IMG/VR virus record: IMGVR_UViG_3300027807_000001
Coordinates: 147,285-210,348 of that record
Length of the DNA stretch: 63,064 nt
From: a virus
Lineage: Duplodnaviria; Heunggongvirae; Uroviricota; Caudoviricetes
Reading direction: 5' to 3' (one strand)
Shown: positions 27,515-36,625 of the stretch, one piece after another
Position numbering within the stretch: position 1 is the stretch's first letter
Layout of the letters: every line of letters starts with the position of its first letter
Notes under the pieces: model-generated
What the model saw: only the letters and a program-made list of their open reading frames with translations
What the model was told of the DNA's origin: nothing
Database searches by the model: none
Made by a program: the position numbers and the translations under genes

Positions 27515-29541
27515 TAGCTTACAGTCTCCGTTATTGTTTTAACTGACCCATCCGTGTTATACGTAAGGGTTGTGGTTAGCACTTCATTACCCATATAAGC
27601 GGTAGATTGGGTTAATTGATTGCTCGTATTATAGGCAAGAGATATGACTGCGGGATATACGACACCCGCTGTTCCTACAGAAGAAGTACTTCCTGATATA
27701 CGAATCTCTTGGAGAAGCCCACTACTCGAGGAACCTGCTGCAGGAGATACCGGAAATCCTAGAATAGAAGCAGCCGTCCCCCCAGTTATTACCAAAGATA
27801 TTGGCGATAAAATTTTAATTTGGCCGGCAGCTGTCGCGACAGCTGTAACGTTTGGTATTGCGGTGTTTATGGAAGATACTGCATTTTGGATTGTTGTATT
27901 CACAGGAAGTGATGGAAACGTTACAGACGCTGCTGTTCCATCTGTAGTTAAGTTAAGCGTAGTGCCCCCTAGACCTGTAAAAGAGTTACTAGGGAAAGTA
28001 ACAGCCGTAGACCCTATCAACCTAGCATTAAACAGCGTGAGTGCGCGGTTATCCGTGGCTGCCCCCGTAGATAAACCTAAGACTGTTTGTAGCTGAAGAT
28101 TGCGCGAAGCACCTGTACCAAATATACGCAAATCAGTAATTGGTAATACTAAGTAAGAACCATTCCACTGTATAGACGCAATAGGGAATGCTGAAGCCGG
28201 CAAAGAAGATGCCATCTGTACCGTCTTGAGAATAGAATCAATATAGAAATAATAGGCGCCTGCTGCTATCGGAGATCCAGATGGGTAAGGGTTTACGAAA
28301 TAAAACGTTGATGTAGACGGAATATTAGTTGAAGAAATAATAGTTCCGTTCATATTGACGTATTCACCAGAAGCAAGAGGTGCGATAGTTACCGCATTTG
28401 CAGATGGGGGTGACGCCTGAAAAACAGCCGTAGGGGATAATGAAGAGGTAAGAGAGCTTGCATTACCCGTTGGAGTAACAATGCCTGAAGTAGCGAGAAT
28501 TTCCCCGAGATCATTGATATCAGATAGTCCAATATCTGCAGCAGAAGTACCATGAGGGTTAGTAGCTGTTACAACCCCTGTGCCTACAGCGTTAAGATGA
28601 TCTGTTAAATAAATATTAGAACCCAGATTATATGTAGCTGTCGGCTGATTGAGATGAAGCTGCCCTCCAACTGTTTCAGCACGAGAGATAAGACTTTGAC
28701 ATCTAACGTGAAGCACACTATAAGATATTGTCACCGACGCAGAAGCGTTAGCTGCGTTAAATGTCACAATTCCTGAAGAAAAATTAACAGTAAACTGGCC
28801 CGCAGCGGGTGTTGTAGTCACATAAGTATATCCAGAAATAACAGGTATGCTGTTGGGCCTATCTAAGTCTGAGGGAATATTTGGTTCGACAGGCAAAGAT
28901 AATTGATAAGGCGAAGATGCAGGGATATTAACAGGACCATAAGAAGTAGAATCAAGAGTATTAGAGGAGTTTATCGAAGTTACAACACCGCCAGCAGTCA
29001 CTACTTCCCCGATAAGCACATAATTGGTAGGGTCGGGATTAGTACTAGTGGTAGTTACAGCAAACTGATACCCATCTTCTCCACTAACAAATAAGCGTTC
29101 GTTGGTGGATTCGGCCAATGTGAAGGTCGAAGGATCCAAAACCTGTAGGTACCCCACCCATATTCTATTTGTAGCATTATTTACAACAGGAATATTCTGA
29201 GAACCGGTTGACTGTGGAGTTAAAGTAGTACCTCCAATGCCATTATCTGTCTGGGTTGTAGCTAGCGAAGAATTATATGAAGATAAAGGAGCAGAAATTA
29301 ATATTCTTTCTCCAGAAGGTGAAACAGCTGTACCTGTGCCTACGGTAACAAATAAACCAGTGCTAGGCCCTTGCTGAATAAGGAAAGCACTAGATTCACC
29401 ATTTGTCTGTGAATTATTAATGACACCATAGTCAAAAAGATCCAGCTGCCTCTCAGTGATCGCTTCTTCTTTAGTACTTTGCGCGCGCACAAGATCATCT
29501 CGAAGCACAGGCTGATCTTCATACCACTGTTCTTTTTTCAT
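27514..29541 (-). CDS. Tail fibre / baseplate-attached protein
   Basis: Follows the wedge genes; DH......NPHG fibre motif; paralogous to 24755..26872. Confidence 0.65.
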   Translation of the reverse strand: MKKEQWYEDQPVLRDDLVRAQSTKEEAITERQLDLFDYGVINNSQTNGESSAFLIQQGPSTGLFVTVGTGTAVSPSGERILISAPLSSYNSSLATTQTDNGIGGTTLTPQSTGSQNIPVVNNATNRIWVGYLQVLDPSTFTLAESTNERLFVSGEDGYQFAVTTTSTNPDPTNYVLIGEVVTAGGVVTSINSSNTLDSTSYGPVNIPASSPYQLSLPVEPNIPSDLDRPNSIPVISGYTYVTTTPAAGQFTVNFSSGIVTFNAANASASVTISYSVLHVRCQSLISRAETVGGQLHLNQPTATYNLGSNIYLTDHLNAVGTGVVTATNPHGTSAADIGLSDINDLGEILATSGIVTPTGNASSLTSSLSPTAVFQASPPSANAVTIAPLASGEYVNMNGTIISSTNIPSTSTFYFVNPYPSGSPIAAGAYYFYIDSILKTVQMASSLPASAFPIASIQWNGSYLVLPITDLRIFGTGASRNLQLQTVLGLSTGAATDNRALTLFNARLIGSTAVTFPSNSFTGLGGTTLNLTTDGTAASVTFPSLPVNTTIQNAVSSINTAIPNVTAVATAAGQIKILSPISLVITGGTAASILGFPVSPAAGSSSSGLLQEIRISGSTSSVGTAGVVYPAVISLAYNTSNQLTQSTAYMGNEVLTTTLTYNTDGSVKTITETVS

Positions 29542-29542
29542 G

Positions 29543-32413
29543 TTAAGAGGCTTCCACTAGAATAAATTTCGTCCAAGCAGGTAGTATTTTAGTTAACAAA
29601 TAAGAGATATTTGTAAGATCTAAATTAAATTCTCCAGGATTATTAAGAGTTATTTGAATACCGAATCCTGCTTCAGTATTACTGTATAACGTTGGGGGCA
29701 ACGGAACGTCTGCTGTATATGTTACAGCAACAGTCTGCCCTGCTGCCGATGCAGCAAATATCAAATTTGAAGGTGAGGCAAAATCGCAAGTAAACTGATT
29801 AGTGGCCAAGACAGGCGAAATAGACCCTGCTACTGACGGTGTTGGTACAAATACATAGGCATTCTGAGTTAAATCACTCATTGTAGTAGAGGAATTAGTA
29901 GTGCCCGAATAAGTAGAAGTCAGCGTTAGATGAGTATTATCGGTGACAGACTCGACTGTGTAGGATACGTTAGTGCCCAACTGACTCGCAAACACCACGG
30001 TATCTCCTACCGAAACGCTAGCAGTAAAAGTGGTACTTGTGCCAACCACTTGAGAAGATCCTTTTGTAACAGATACAGTCCCTGAAAGATATGGCGCTAC
30101 AGTTGGAATGTCGCAAGGAGTTCCTGAAAGAGCTACAGTGTAAGGAAAACTAGAAGGAATCGCTTCGGTTTGAGCTGTTTCAGCAGGGAGATAGGAGAAT
30201 ATATTGGGTTGAGAAAGAAAGACAACCGTATGGGAATTTCCAGCTTGCGAGGCAGGAAAAGTCAAGATACTGCCATTACCCGTAACAATATTATTAACGA
30301 ATTGTCCCGCTGCAGGAACTGTGGGAGGAGTTTTATATACAAGACCAGTAGTTTGAATTGCGCCATCTGCAGTCAGCAATCGAAGCGGTGCAGCTGCGGT
30401 TCCCCCAGACACAACTACGGAGCTAGAAGTAGTTGGCGACGGATTTCCTGAAACCAAAGTGTATGTATCCACAGCAGGGTTGTACAGTGCTAAAAATTGA
30501 GAGTAAGAAGGCTGATTAGAAGGAGTAGCCGCTGTGAGAGCTCTCACTAGCGTTTGTATTTCCGCCGCAATCGCTGTTTTGGAATTAAAAGGACCAGAAC
30601 CCATTGTAATAGTCTGGGCGCCATCGCCATCGATATTGATGATGATGGTCTGTCCTGCGACATTATAATTTGGAGTATATGTAATCGATATAGAAGCGCC
30701 TGCCGCTGCAGAATTGAAAGTCAGAACCCCTGTAGCGAAATTAACCGAGAATTGCGACGCTGTAGGAGTTCCTGTAGTAAAAGTATACCCCGAGATACTG
30801 GGTATACCTGCGGGAAGGTGTGAGAGAGTAACGGTGTAAGGACTGGAAGATGATACAGTTCGGCTATCTGTAACAGTGGCGACAGCTCCCGAAATAAGAG
30901 AGCCGGGTATAATAGGATCATTCGCAGTGCCTGCAGACAGGGTAGCAGAAAATGTACCAGACACTACTATATTTTCAACAGTTTGCGTTCCATTTGCCGT
31001 AATAAAATTGAGCACATCCGAAATTGGAGTTATCGTAGGAGGCACGCCCGTGAAGGCAGTGCACACCAGGCTAGCCGCATTATACGTTGCGCCGTTCAAG
31101 GACGCCGCTTTAAGATTTGTTAAGATCAGACGATAGTCCGTAGGAGACATTGTCGAGGGCTGCGGATACCCATAGAGTGCTCCAAGGGTAGCTGCCAGAC
31201 GATCATCTCTCGCATGATATGCATTACAGTCTCGAAGCACCTCCTCCTTTTCCAGATAAATTCTATCAAATTCATACGCGTACGCCAGATAGACTTTAGC
31301 GATGTTACTAAGATTAGGAGGCAGCGTAGAAGGAAAAACGTTATCTACAGTTGCATCTCTAAGCGCGTACGCGTTATCAACCGGATACACATGGAAATCA
31401 GGGAGCGCTCCTAATAATCGGCTAACTGACTCAAGGAGAATGCTTGGGATAGTATTAACTGTTAAAGATTCAGAAAAAGGTCCAAAAGACATTCCGTTCT
31501 TTACGCATACTTGCGCATAAAAAAGAGAAACGATGCTTTGTAGTCGATCCGGAACAGGAATTACAAACCCCTTCGCTACGTTGCCTCTGTCGTACGAAAT
31601 AATAGGAGCGCTTGTAGAAGGGTAATAGCAGACGGTTATTGTGGCCGGTAGATCTGTAGCGTTAAAAGTGATTTGACTGAACGGAAGACTCGCAACAAAC
31701 TGTTCAGGCCCCGGAATGTTCGTTGTGCTAGAAACGTCTAAGAAAGTAGTTGTGTTATCATTAACGATCAAAATTCCGCCAGGCAATGAACTTAGGATGA
31801 CAGAATTCCCTCGAGCCTCGTAGCCTCCATGCGCAAGCCCCAGTAAAAGAGAAGCAGCTGCTGTTCCTCCAGACACAACTACGGAACTTAAATAACCAGT
31901 ACTTCCTGACAACAGCTGATACGTTGCTAAGGTCGGTGAAAATACTGCGGTAAAGTTATTGTAAGAAGCCTGCAAAGAGGGATTAGTAGCGGTCAGGGCG
32001 CGTACTTTAGCTTGAATGTCCGCCGCAATCGCGTTACCAGAGGTGTCTGTTCCTAAGGTGATTGTTTTTATTCCATCACCATCGATATTAAGCAAGAGAG
32101 TAACTCCCGAGCTTACAGTGGTAGCGGCGTATGCGGCAGATAAAGATTGACCTGCAGCGATCACATTAAATGTTTGTGTCGTAGTTTCAAATATTGTCGG
32201 CATGCCAAACGCCGGATCTGTATCAATCTGCAGTTGAAAGTCAAGATTTATTAAAGAAGGAGTTATAAGCGCAGGAGAGAATGTCCAATAAAGAAGATAC
32301 TCATTATCAGTTTCAGTCCGCGCAAAGTTAAGACCCACGGGCTGAGTAGGACTCGAGCCCGCATAAAGCTCTGCGTTATATAAAAATGTATCAAACGGCG
32401 AATTAGATGACAT
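29543..32413 (-). CDS. Large baseplate wedge protein (gpI-like core with many inserted modules)
   Basis: LAATLGALYGY....DYRLIL....NGAT....FTG core; lies downstream of gpJ-like gene. Confidence 0.6.
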   Translation of the reverse strand: MSSNSPFDTFLYNAELYAGSSPTQPVGLNFARTETDNEYLLYWTFSPALITPSLINLDFQLQIDTDPAFGMPTIFETTTQTFNVIAAGQSLSAAYAATTVSSGVTLLLNIDGDGIKTITLGTDTSGNAIAADIQAKVRALTATNPSLQASYNNFTAVFSPTLATYQLLSGSTGYLSSVVVSGGTAAASLLLGLAHGGYEARGNSVILSSLPGGILIVNDNTTTFLDVSSTTNIPGPEQFVASLPFSQITFNATDLPATITVCYYPSTSAPIISYDRGNVAKGFVIPVPDRLQSIVSLFYAQVCVKNGMSFGPFSESLTVNTIPSILLESVSRLLGALPDFHVYPVDNAYALRDATVDNVFPSTLPPNLSNIAKVYLAYAYEFDRIYLEKEEVLRDCNAYHARDDRLAATLGALYGYPQPSTMSPTDYRLILTNLKAASLNGATYNAASLVCTAFTGVPPTITPISDVLNFITANGTQTVENIVVSGTFSATLSAGTANDPIIPGSLISGAVATVTDSRTVSSSSPYTVTLSHLPAGIPSISGYTFTTGTPTASQFSVNFATGVLTFNSAAAGASISITYTPNYNVAGQTIIINIDGDGAQTITMGSGPFNSKTAIAAEIQTLVRALTAATPSNQPSYSQFLALYNPAVDTYTLVSGNPSPTTSSSVVVSGGTAAAPLRLLTADGAIQTTGLVYKTPPTVPAAGQFVNNIVTGNGSILTFPASQAGNSHTVVFLSQPNIFSYLPAETAQTEAIPSSFPYTVALSGTPCDIPTVAPYLSGTVSVTKGSSQVVGTSTTFTASVSVGDTVVFASQLGTNVSYTVESVTDNTHLTLTSTYSGTTNSSTTMSDLTQNAYVFVPTPSVAGSISPVLATNQFTCDFASPSNLIFAASAAGQTVAVTYTADVPLPPTLYSNTEAGFGIQITLNNPGEFNLDLTNISYLLTKILPAWTKFILVEAS

Positions 32414-32421
32414 ACGCTATG

Positions 32422-33039
32422 CTAACCTAGCAAGACCACGGAAGAACCATTATATCCTTTGAATTGATTGTCAGTAGTATTAAACCAAACTTGTCCAATT
32501 GAAGGCGAGACCGGATCAGCGGAAACAGATTGCTCTATCAGAGTAGTGAATGCCAAGGAGCCCGTGACCGTAACATTGGTGAATGTAAAATTGATATTAT
32601 CTGAAGTAATACCTGTTACCGTATTATAGATAGGCACTAGCAAGCTAGTGATATTGTTTATAGTCTCTGCTCTAACTAACGAACCCAACCCTGTATAAGA
32701 GATAGTAACGATACTCCCTACATTGGCGGGATTGAATTGTACTGTGCCATTTACATAATTAACGTAAAACTGATTAGCTGCAGGAGAGCTAAGAACTTCT
32801 GTATAGGAACTCCCGCCCACCTGCACTACAGCCACCCCAGTAGGCACTACAGAGGAAAGTTGTCGGGGAAGCTCTCTTAAAGGGATTACGGAAATGCCCC
32901 CCACAGCCGCAGGAATTGTATACGTAGAGTATAAAGAAGGAATTCCTCCAGGAAGAGTCTGTCCCGGTAAACTGCGCTCATCAAACAGAGTAAGAATTGA
33001 TGTTGATAAAATTGGGGTAGGATCAATAGAAATAGACAT
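32422..33039 (-). CDS. Baseplate/tail structural protein
   Basis: QFYVNY.NG..QFN module; DP.SP..GQ.WFNTT..QFKGYNG tail motif. Confidence 0.6.
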   Translation of the reverse strand: MSISIDPTPILSTSILTLFDERSLPGQTLPGGIPSLYSTYTIPAAVGGISVIPLRELPRQLSSVVPTGVAVVQVGGSSYTEVLSSPAANQFYVNYVNGTVQFNPANVGSIVTISYTGLGSLVRAETINNITSLLVPIYNTVTGITSDNINFTFTNVTVTGSLAFTTLIEQSVSADPVSPSIGQVWFNTTDNQFKGYNGSSVVLLG

Positions 33040-33047
33040 ATATTCCC

Positions 33048-34505
33048 TTAAGTAATCACTATTGAATTGGGAGCAGGATTAGGCGCAAGATATTCATTTT
33101 CTGCCGTTGTTAACGTAGTCACTGACGTAAATGTAGGATTAGTAGGGGTACTTATTTCAATAGAAATTGGAATGCTTACAGAAGCCACGCCAGGAGTGTC
33201 TTGAATGGTAGCGATAATGTCTGATTCGCTAATAGAGGTTCCTAGTGTTGACGATTCTAGCAAAGAGGTTACGTTACTCACTGCAGCCGTGGCTACATCT
33301 GCCTTTGTAAACCCCGGATACACTGTAATAAACGCGCCCACGTTAACTAAAATTTCAATCGCTTCACGGATAAGTACATCTGCCCCAATAATGCGATTAT
33401 TATTAGAATTAATTCCCGTTTGAAGATTGACAATTAAATTATTAACTGAATAATTTACAGTCCAAGACGAGCCAGAGTCAGGAAAAGGAGAGCCGAGAAA
33501 TTGAATAGAAGTTTGCGCTTCAGTAGAGCCTCCCGTAGAAGTCGTTGTATCTTGTAAGACAATGAAATGGGTGCCTTCTACGAAATTAAAACTCTGCGCA
33601 GCTACGGTGCCGGAGATAGTGCTATTAACAGACTCGCTTTCCACTGGCTGCTGGAGCAAAACATAAGAAGTAGTCCCCGAAATAAATGTTTGTGTTTCAG
33701 TAACAGGAGTAGGGATATCTCCCATCACATAGATATCTGCTGCATTCCCATACGAGCTGCGCACTAGCAAAGGATCCGTTGGGCCTACCAACAAAGAGGA
33801 TACAACGTTAGGGTTAGCATTAACAAAGTTAAGAAGGCCGTTCGGAGTACCCATTGCCGTGCCTGATAAGAGCGTCGTAATACGAGACAGCAAGGAAGCG
33901 TCTGACTCTGCATCTGTTCCCCCATAGGTGCTAGCAGAGTTACTGACTGTCATTCCTCCAGGCAAAGAAGTAGCAAGGACCACTATTGTTCCGGCAGCTA
34001 CGTTACCTGCCGAGCCTACTGAAGACGCTTGTATCGGCACTACTAATTGATAATTTCCGGTCGTAGGATTAAAGTAAGTACTAGCGTACGCTGCTGTGAA
34101 CGTCATAGTAGTCGTAGTAGCAAAAGAAATAATATTAGGGTTAGTAAGGCTTGTTTGCGTAGTTAATTCTGTGCCCGCAGGAATTGTAATACTGCTAGAG
34201 GTTGTTGAGAACGTTGAAAGAGTAAAGGTGACAAATCCTTGAGAAGCTAGCCCAGCATTACGCGTTAGCCCAACGCTATTAGCCAGATCATCTAATTCAT
34301 TATTTATAAATTGTGTAGGGTCGTTAAGTTCCTGGATTGCTTCGACTCTCGCTAATTCCGTCCATACCAATCCAAATTCTTGCGCAGGCGATTCTACAAC
34401 AACATCCCGGGCGACAGATCCCGCCAAAAGAGACAATTGAGGTATTACCCCCTGAATGTAGGTAACAGCGCTATTGATAACCTGGGTTATAGTTCTGATG
34501 GCCAT
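33048..34505 (-). CDS. Baseplate J-like wedge protein
   Basis: GSVARD, LDDLA...GLTR, IPAGT, G..GNV.AG.I, GGTDAESDASLLSR. Confidence 0.9.
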   Translation of the reverse strand: MAIRTITQVINSAVTYIQGVIPQLSLLAGSVARDVVVESPAQEFGLVWTELARVEAIQELNDPTQFINNELDDLANSVGLTRNAGLASQGFVTFTLSTFSTTSSSITIPAGTELTTQTSLTNPNIISFATTTTMTFTAAYASTYFNPTTGNYQLVVPIQASSVGSAGNVAAGTIVVLATSLPGGMTVSNSASTYGGTDAESDASLLSRITTLLSGTAMGTPNGLLNFVNANPNVVSSLLVGPTDPLLVRSSYGNAADIYVMGDIPTPVTETQTFISGTTSYVLLQQPVESESVNSTISGTVAAQSFNFVEGTHFIVLQDTTTSTGGSTEAQTSIQFLGSPFPDSGSSWTVNYSVNNLIVNLQTGINSNNNRIIGADVLIREAIEILVNVGAFITVYPGFTKADVATAAVSNVTSLLESSTLGTSISESDIIATIQDTPGVASVSIPISIEISTPTNPTFTSVTTLTTAENEYLAPNPAPNSIVIT

Positions 34506-34508
34506 TGT

Positions 34509-34973
34509 TTATCCTTCGACCTGTATAGTGCTTCCTGATGTCAATCCTGCACGAGTAATTACTTGAAAACTAACTTGAATTCCCGGTACCCCTGTGATAA
34601 GAGATACATTGAGATTAAGCAGTGTATCAATCTGCTCGTTAAGATCTGGATTGGCTTGATTAATAAACTGATATATACGAAGGGTGTCAATTAAGTCCGT
34701 AGTAATATTCGCAGTAAGTTCATTTAAATTAAGTTGCGCGCCGACAAAACTATTTAAAGAAGATCCATACATAGGCGTAAAAATATTAGCGCCACGTGCT
34801 GTCACCAGGATTTTTTCCATGCTTTGTACAAGATTCGGGACATTATCGACAAGAGCAAAGTCTGCGTTGGTATCGACAATTAGGTCGTTAGTGCCTTGCC
34901 CCCAAAACATAGAAGGCCTCTGATTTTGAGATGGATCGTTGTAATCCCGTAGCGTCTGCAAAAGAAAGTCCAT
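34509..34973 (-). CDS. gp25/gpW-like baseplate protein
   Basis: LVQSMEKILVT.RG....P.YGS.L motif immediately upstream of gpJ-like gene. Confidence 0.8.
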   Translation of the reverse strand: MDFLLQTLRDYNDPSQNQRPSMFWGQGTNDLIVDTNADFALVDNVPNLVQSMEKILVTARGANIFTPMYGSSLNSFVGAQLNLNELTANITTDLIDTLRIYQFINQANPDLNEQIDTLLNLNVSLITGVPGIQVSFQVITRAGLTSGSTIQVEG

Positions 34974-34982
34974 TTAAGTTCC

Positions 34983-35555
34983 TTACACGTGAAATTGTGC
35001 AGCGATGGCATTAACGACAGCCTGCCATGCTAAAATTTGCGCCTGCAACGAAGCAATTAATAAATTAAGTTGCTGTAACTGCTTTTGGGCCTGGAGAAGG
35101 CGGTATTGCCACAGATTAATATTAGCCCATGACGGTATAAGCTTTTTTACAAAATTTGAAGGAGTAGCTAGTATGCTTGCCATTGCCTCCTCGATAGCTT
35201 GCACTGGCGGGCACTGCAGATACGCTGGATTTGAAAACGGAAAAATATTAAGCTTATTTTCTGCAGAAGCAAGAAGTGATTTAAACGTATTGATAAATGT
35301 TTCCAGCAAAGTAATGGTCGCTTCTAACTCAGCTACTTCTACTTCAAGAAGACCCACTTGAACAGCCGCCAACGCAATCAGCGCGTTAAGAGCTGCTTTA
35401 AATTCAGATAGTAACCCCAGATCAGCGAGCAGCAACAAAAATTCTTCAAGGCAAAGGAGTGCGCCGATATTGGAAAGCCACCCGACGTTATTAGCTGCTG
35501 TCGGATTCTGCTGCTGCAATTGCCGCAACTGCGCCGTTAGAATATCTAAACCCAT
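34983..35555 (-). CDS. Helical hypothetical baseplate-region protein
   Basis: Leu/Ala/Gln-rich ORF between spike and gp25-like genes. Confidence 0.6.
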   Translation of the reverse strand: MGLDILTAQLRQLQQQNPTAANNVGWLSNIGALLCLEEFLLLLADLGLLSEFKAALNALIALAAVQVGLLEVEVAELEATITLLETFINTFKSLLASAENKLNIFPFSNPAYLQCPPVQAIEEAMASILATPSNFVKKLIPSWANINLWQYRLLQAQKQLQQLNLLIASLQAQILAWQAVVNAIAAQFHV

Positions 35556-36622
35556 TAGCTCACCGCCACTAAAATACCGCTAACGAAACTAAGCGTTACT
35601 CCTGAAACAGTAACACTGGTAGTCAACCCGGGTAACTCATTAATACTAAGGATTCCAATGATAGAAGTATTCCCTACAATAGAAGTAGCCCCTTTGATAG
35701 AGGTGAGGCCGACTATACCTGTCTGCCCTACTATTGACACGCTGCCAAGTATTTCGGTTGTCGCTGAATTTATAACCACAGAATCTGCAGGGGCAGAAAT
35801 TCCCGCCGCTGCTGGACCAAAAAGATTAATAATAGGGCTGTTAATGCTAGTACTTAAAGGGTTAATGGTTAGCGTAGAAACATCGATAAGGGCGGTTAAT
35901 TGAATTTGCGGTACAATAAGAGGACTCGGAACAGCTGCAACTAAATTATAGCTTATTCCCGAAAGTAGTATGCCGAGAAGAGGGTCAGCTGCACCAAGGG
36001 TGAATGACCCATCAAATGCACATTCAAGTCTTGTTATAGGAATACCTGTGGTAGGATTTCTTTGACCAAGACTAATAGAAGTAACACCCAGAGTATCGTC
36101 GATATGGATGTAATGCTGCTCCACAGCATTACCATGGGTATAAATGTCTACGTTAGTACCCTCTATATCGATCGAGTCTGTAGCGTCACTAGCCTCTATT
36201 CGCTGCGACTGAGATCCCGAATATAAAATTGCATCACCTTGGTTTCGAAGCCATAGCCGTCCTCCTGGCGTTATCGAGGTAGATGTATTGGTGCCAAGTG
36301 CTGATAAAGTAATCTCTCCATTTTGAAAAACGGGTGTAGGCTGCGTAAGAGACAAGCTGGCCGTCTCTATAGATATTGGAGAAAAAATAGGAAGAGGATC
36401 GCTGAGTAAAAATCCAAACTTAGCGGTGGCAGCTGAATCTCTATAAAAAGCAACCTTAGAGCCGATTGGAGGAAGCGTTTCTTTATTACTACTTACAGGC
36501 ATCTGCACATTGGTAACCAGCACTCCCTGGGTTAATTCTTGCACAGTAGCCCGGCTCACAGGGTTTGCTTCTAACCCCGGAGTATTATACGCAGTAATTA
36601 TTCCTTCGTACCACTGAATCAT
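35555..36622 (-). CDS. Baseplate spike (gpV/gp5-like)
   Basis: OB-like N-terminus (LPPIGSKV), C-terminal 6-residue beta-helix repeats (SIVGQT/GIVGLT/SIKGAT); gene order. Confidence 0.65.
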   Translation of the reverse strand: MIQWYEGIITAYNTPGLEANPVSRATVQELTQGVLVTNVQMPVSSNKETLPPIGSKVAFYRDSAATAKFGFLLSDPLPIFSPISIETASLSLTQPTPVFQNGEITLSALGTNTSTSITPGGRLWLRNQGDAILYSGSQSQRIEASDATDSIDIEGTNVDIYTHGNAVEQHYIHIDDTLGVTSISLGQRNPTTGIPITRLECAFDGSFTLGAADPLLGILLSGISYNLVAAVPSPLIVPQIQLTALIDVSTLTINPLSTSINSPIINLFGPAAAGISAPADSVVINSATTEILGSVSIVGQTGIVGLTSIKGATSIVGNTSIIGILSINELPGLTTSVTVSGVTLSFVSGILVAVS

Positions 36623-36625
36623 AAT

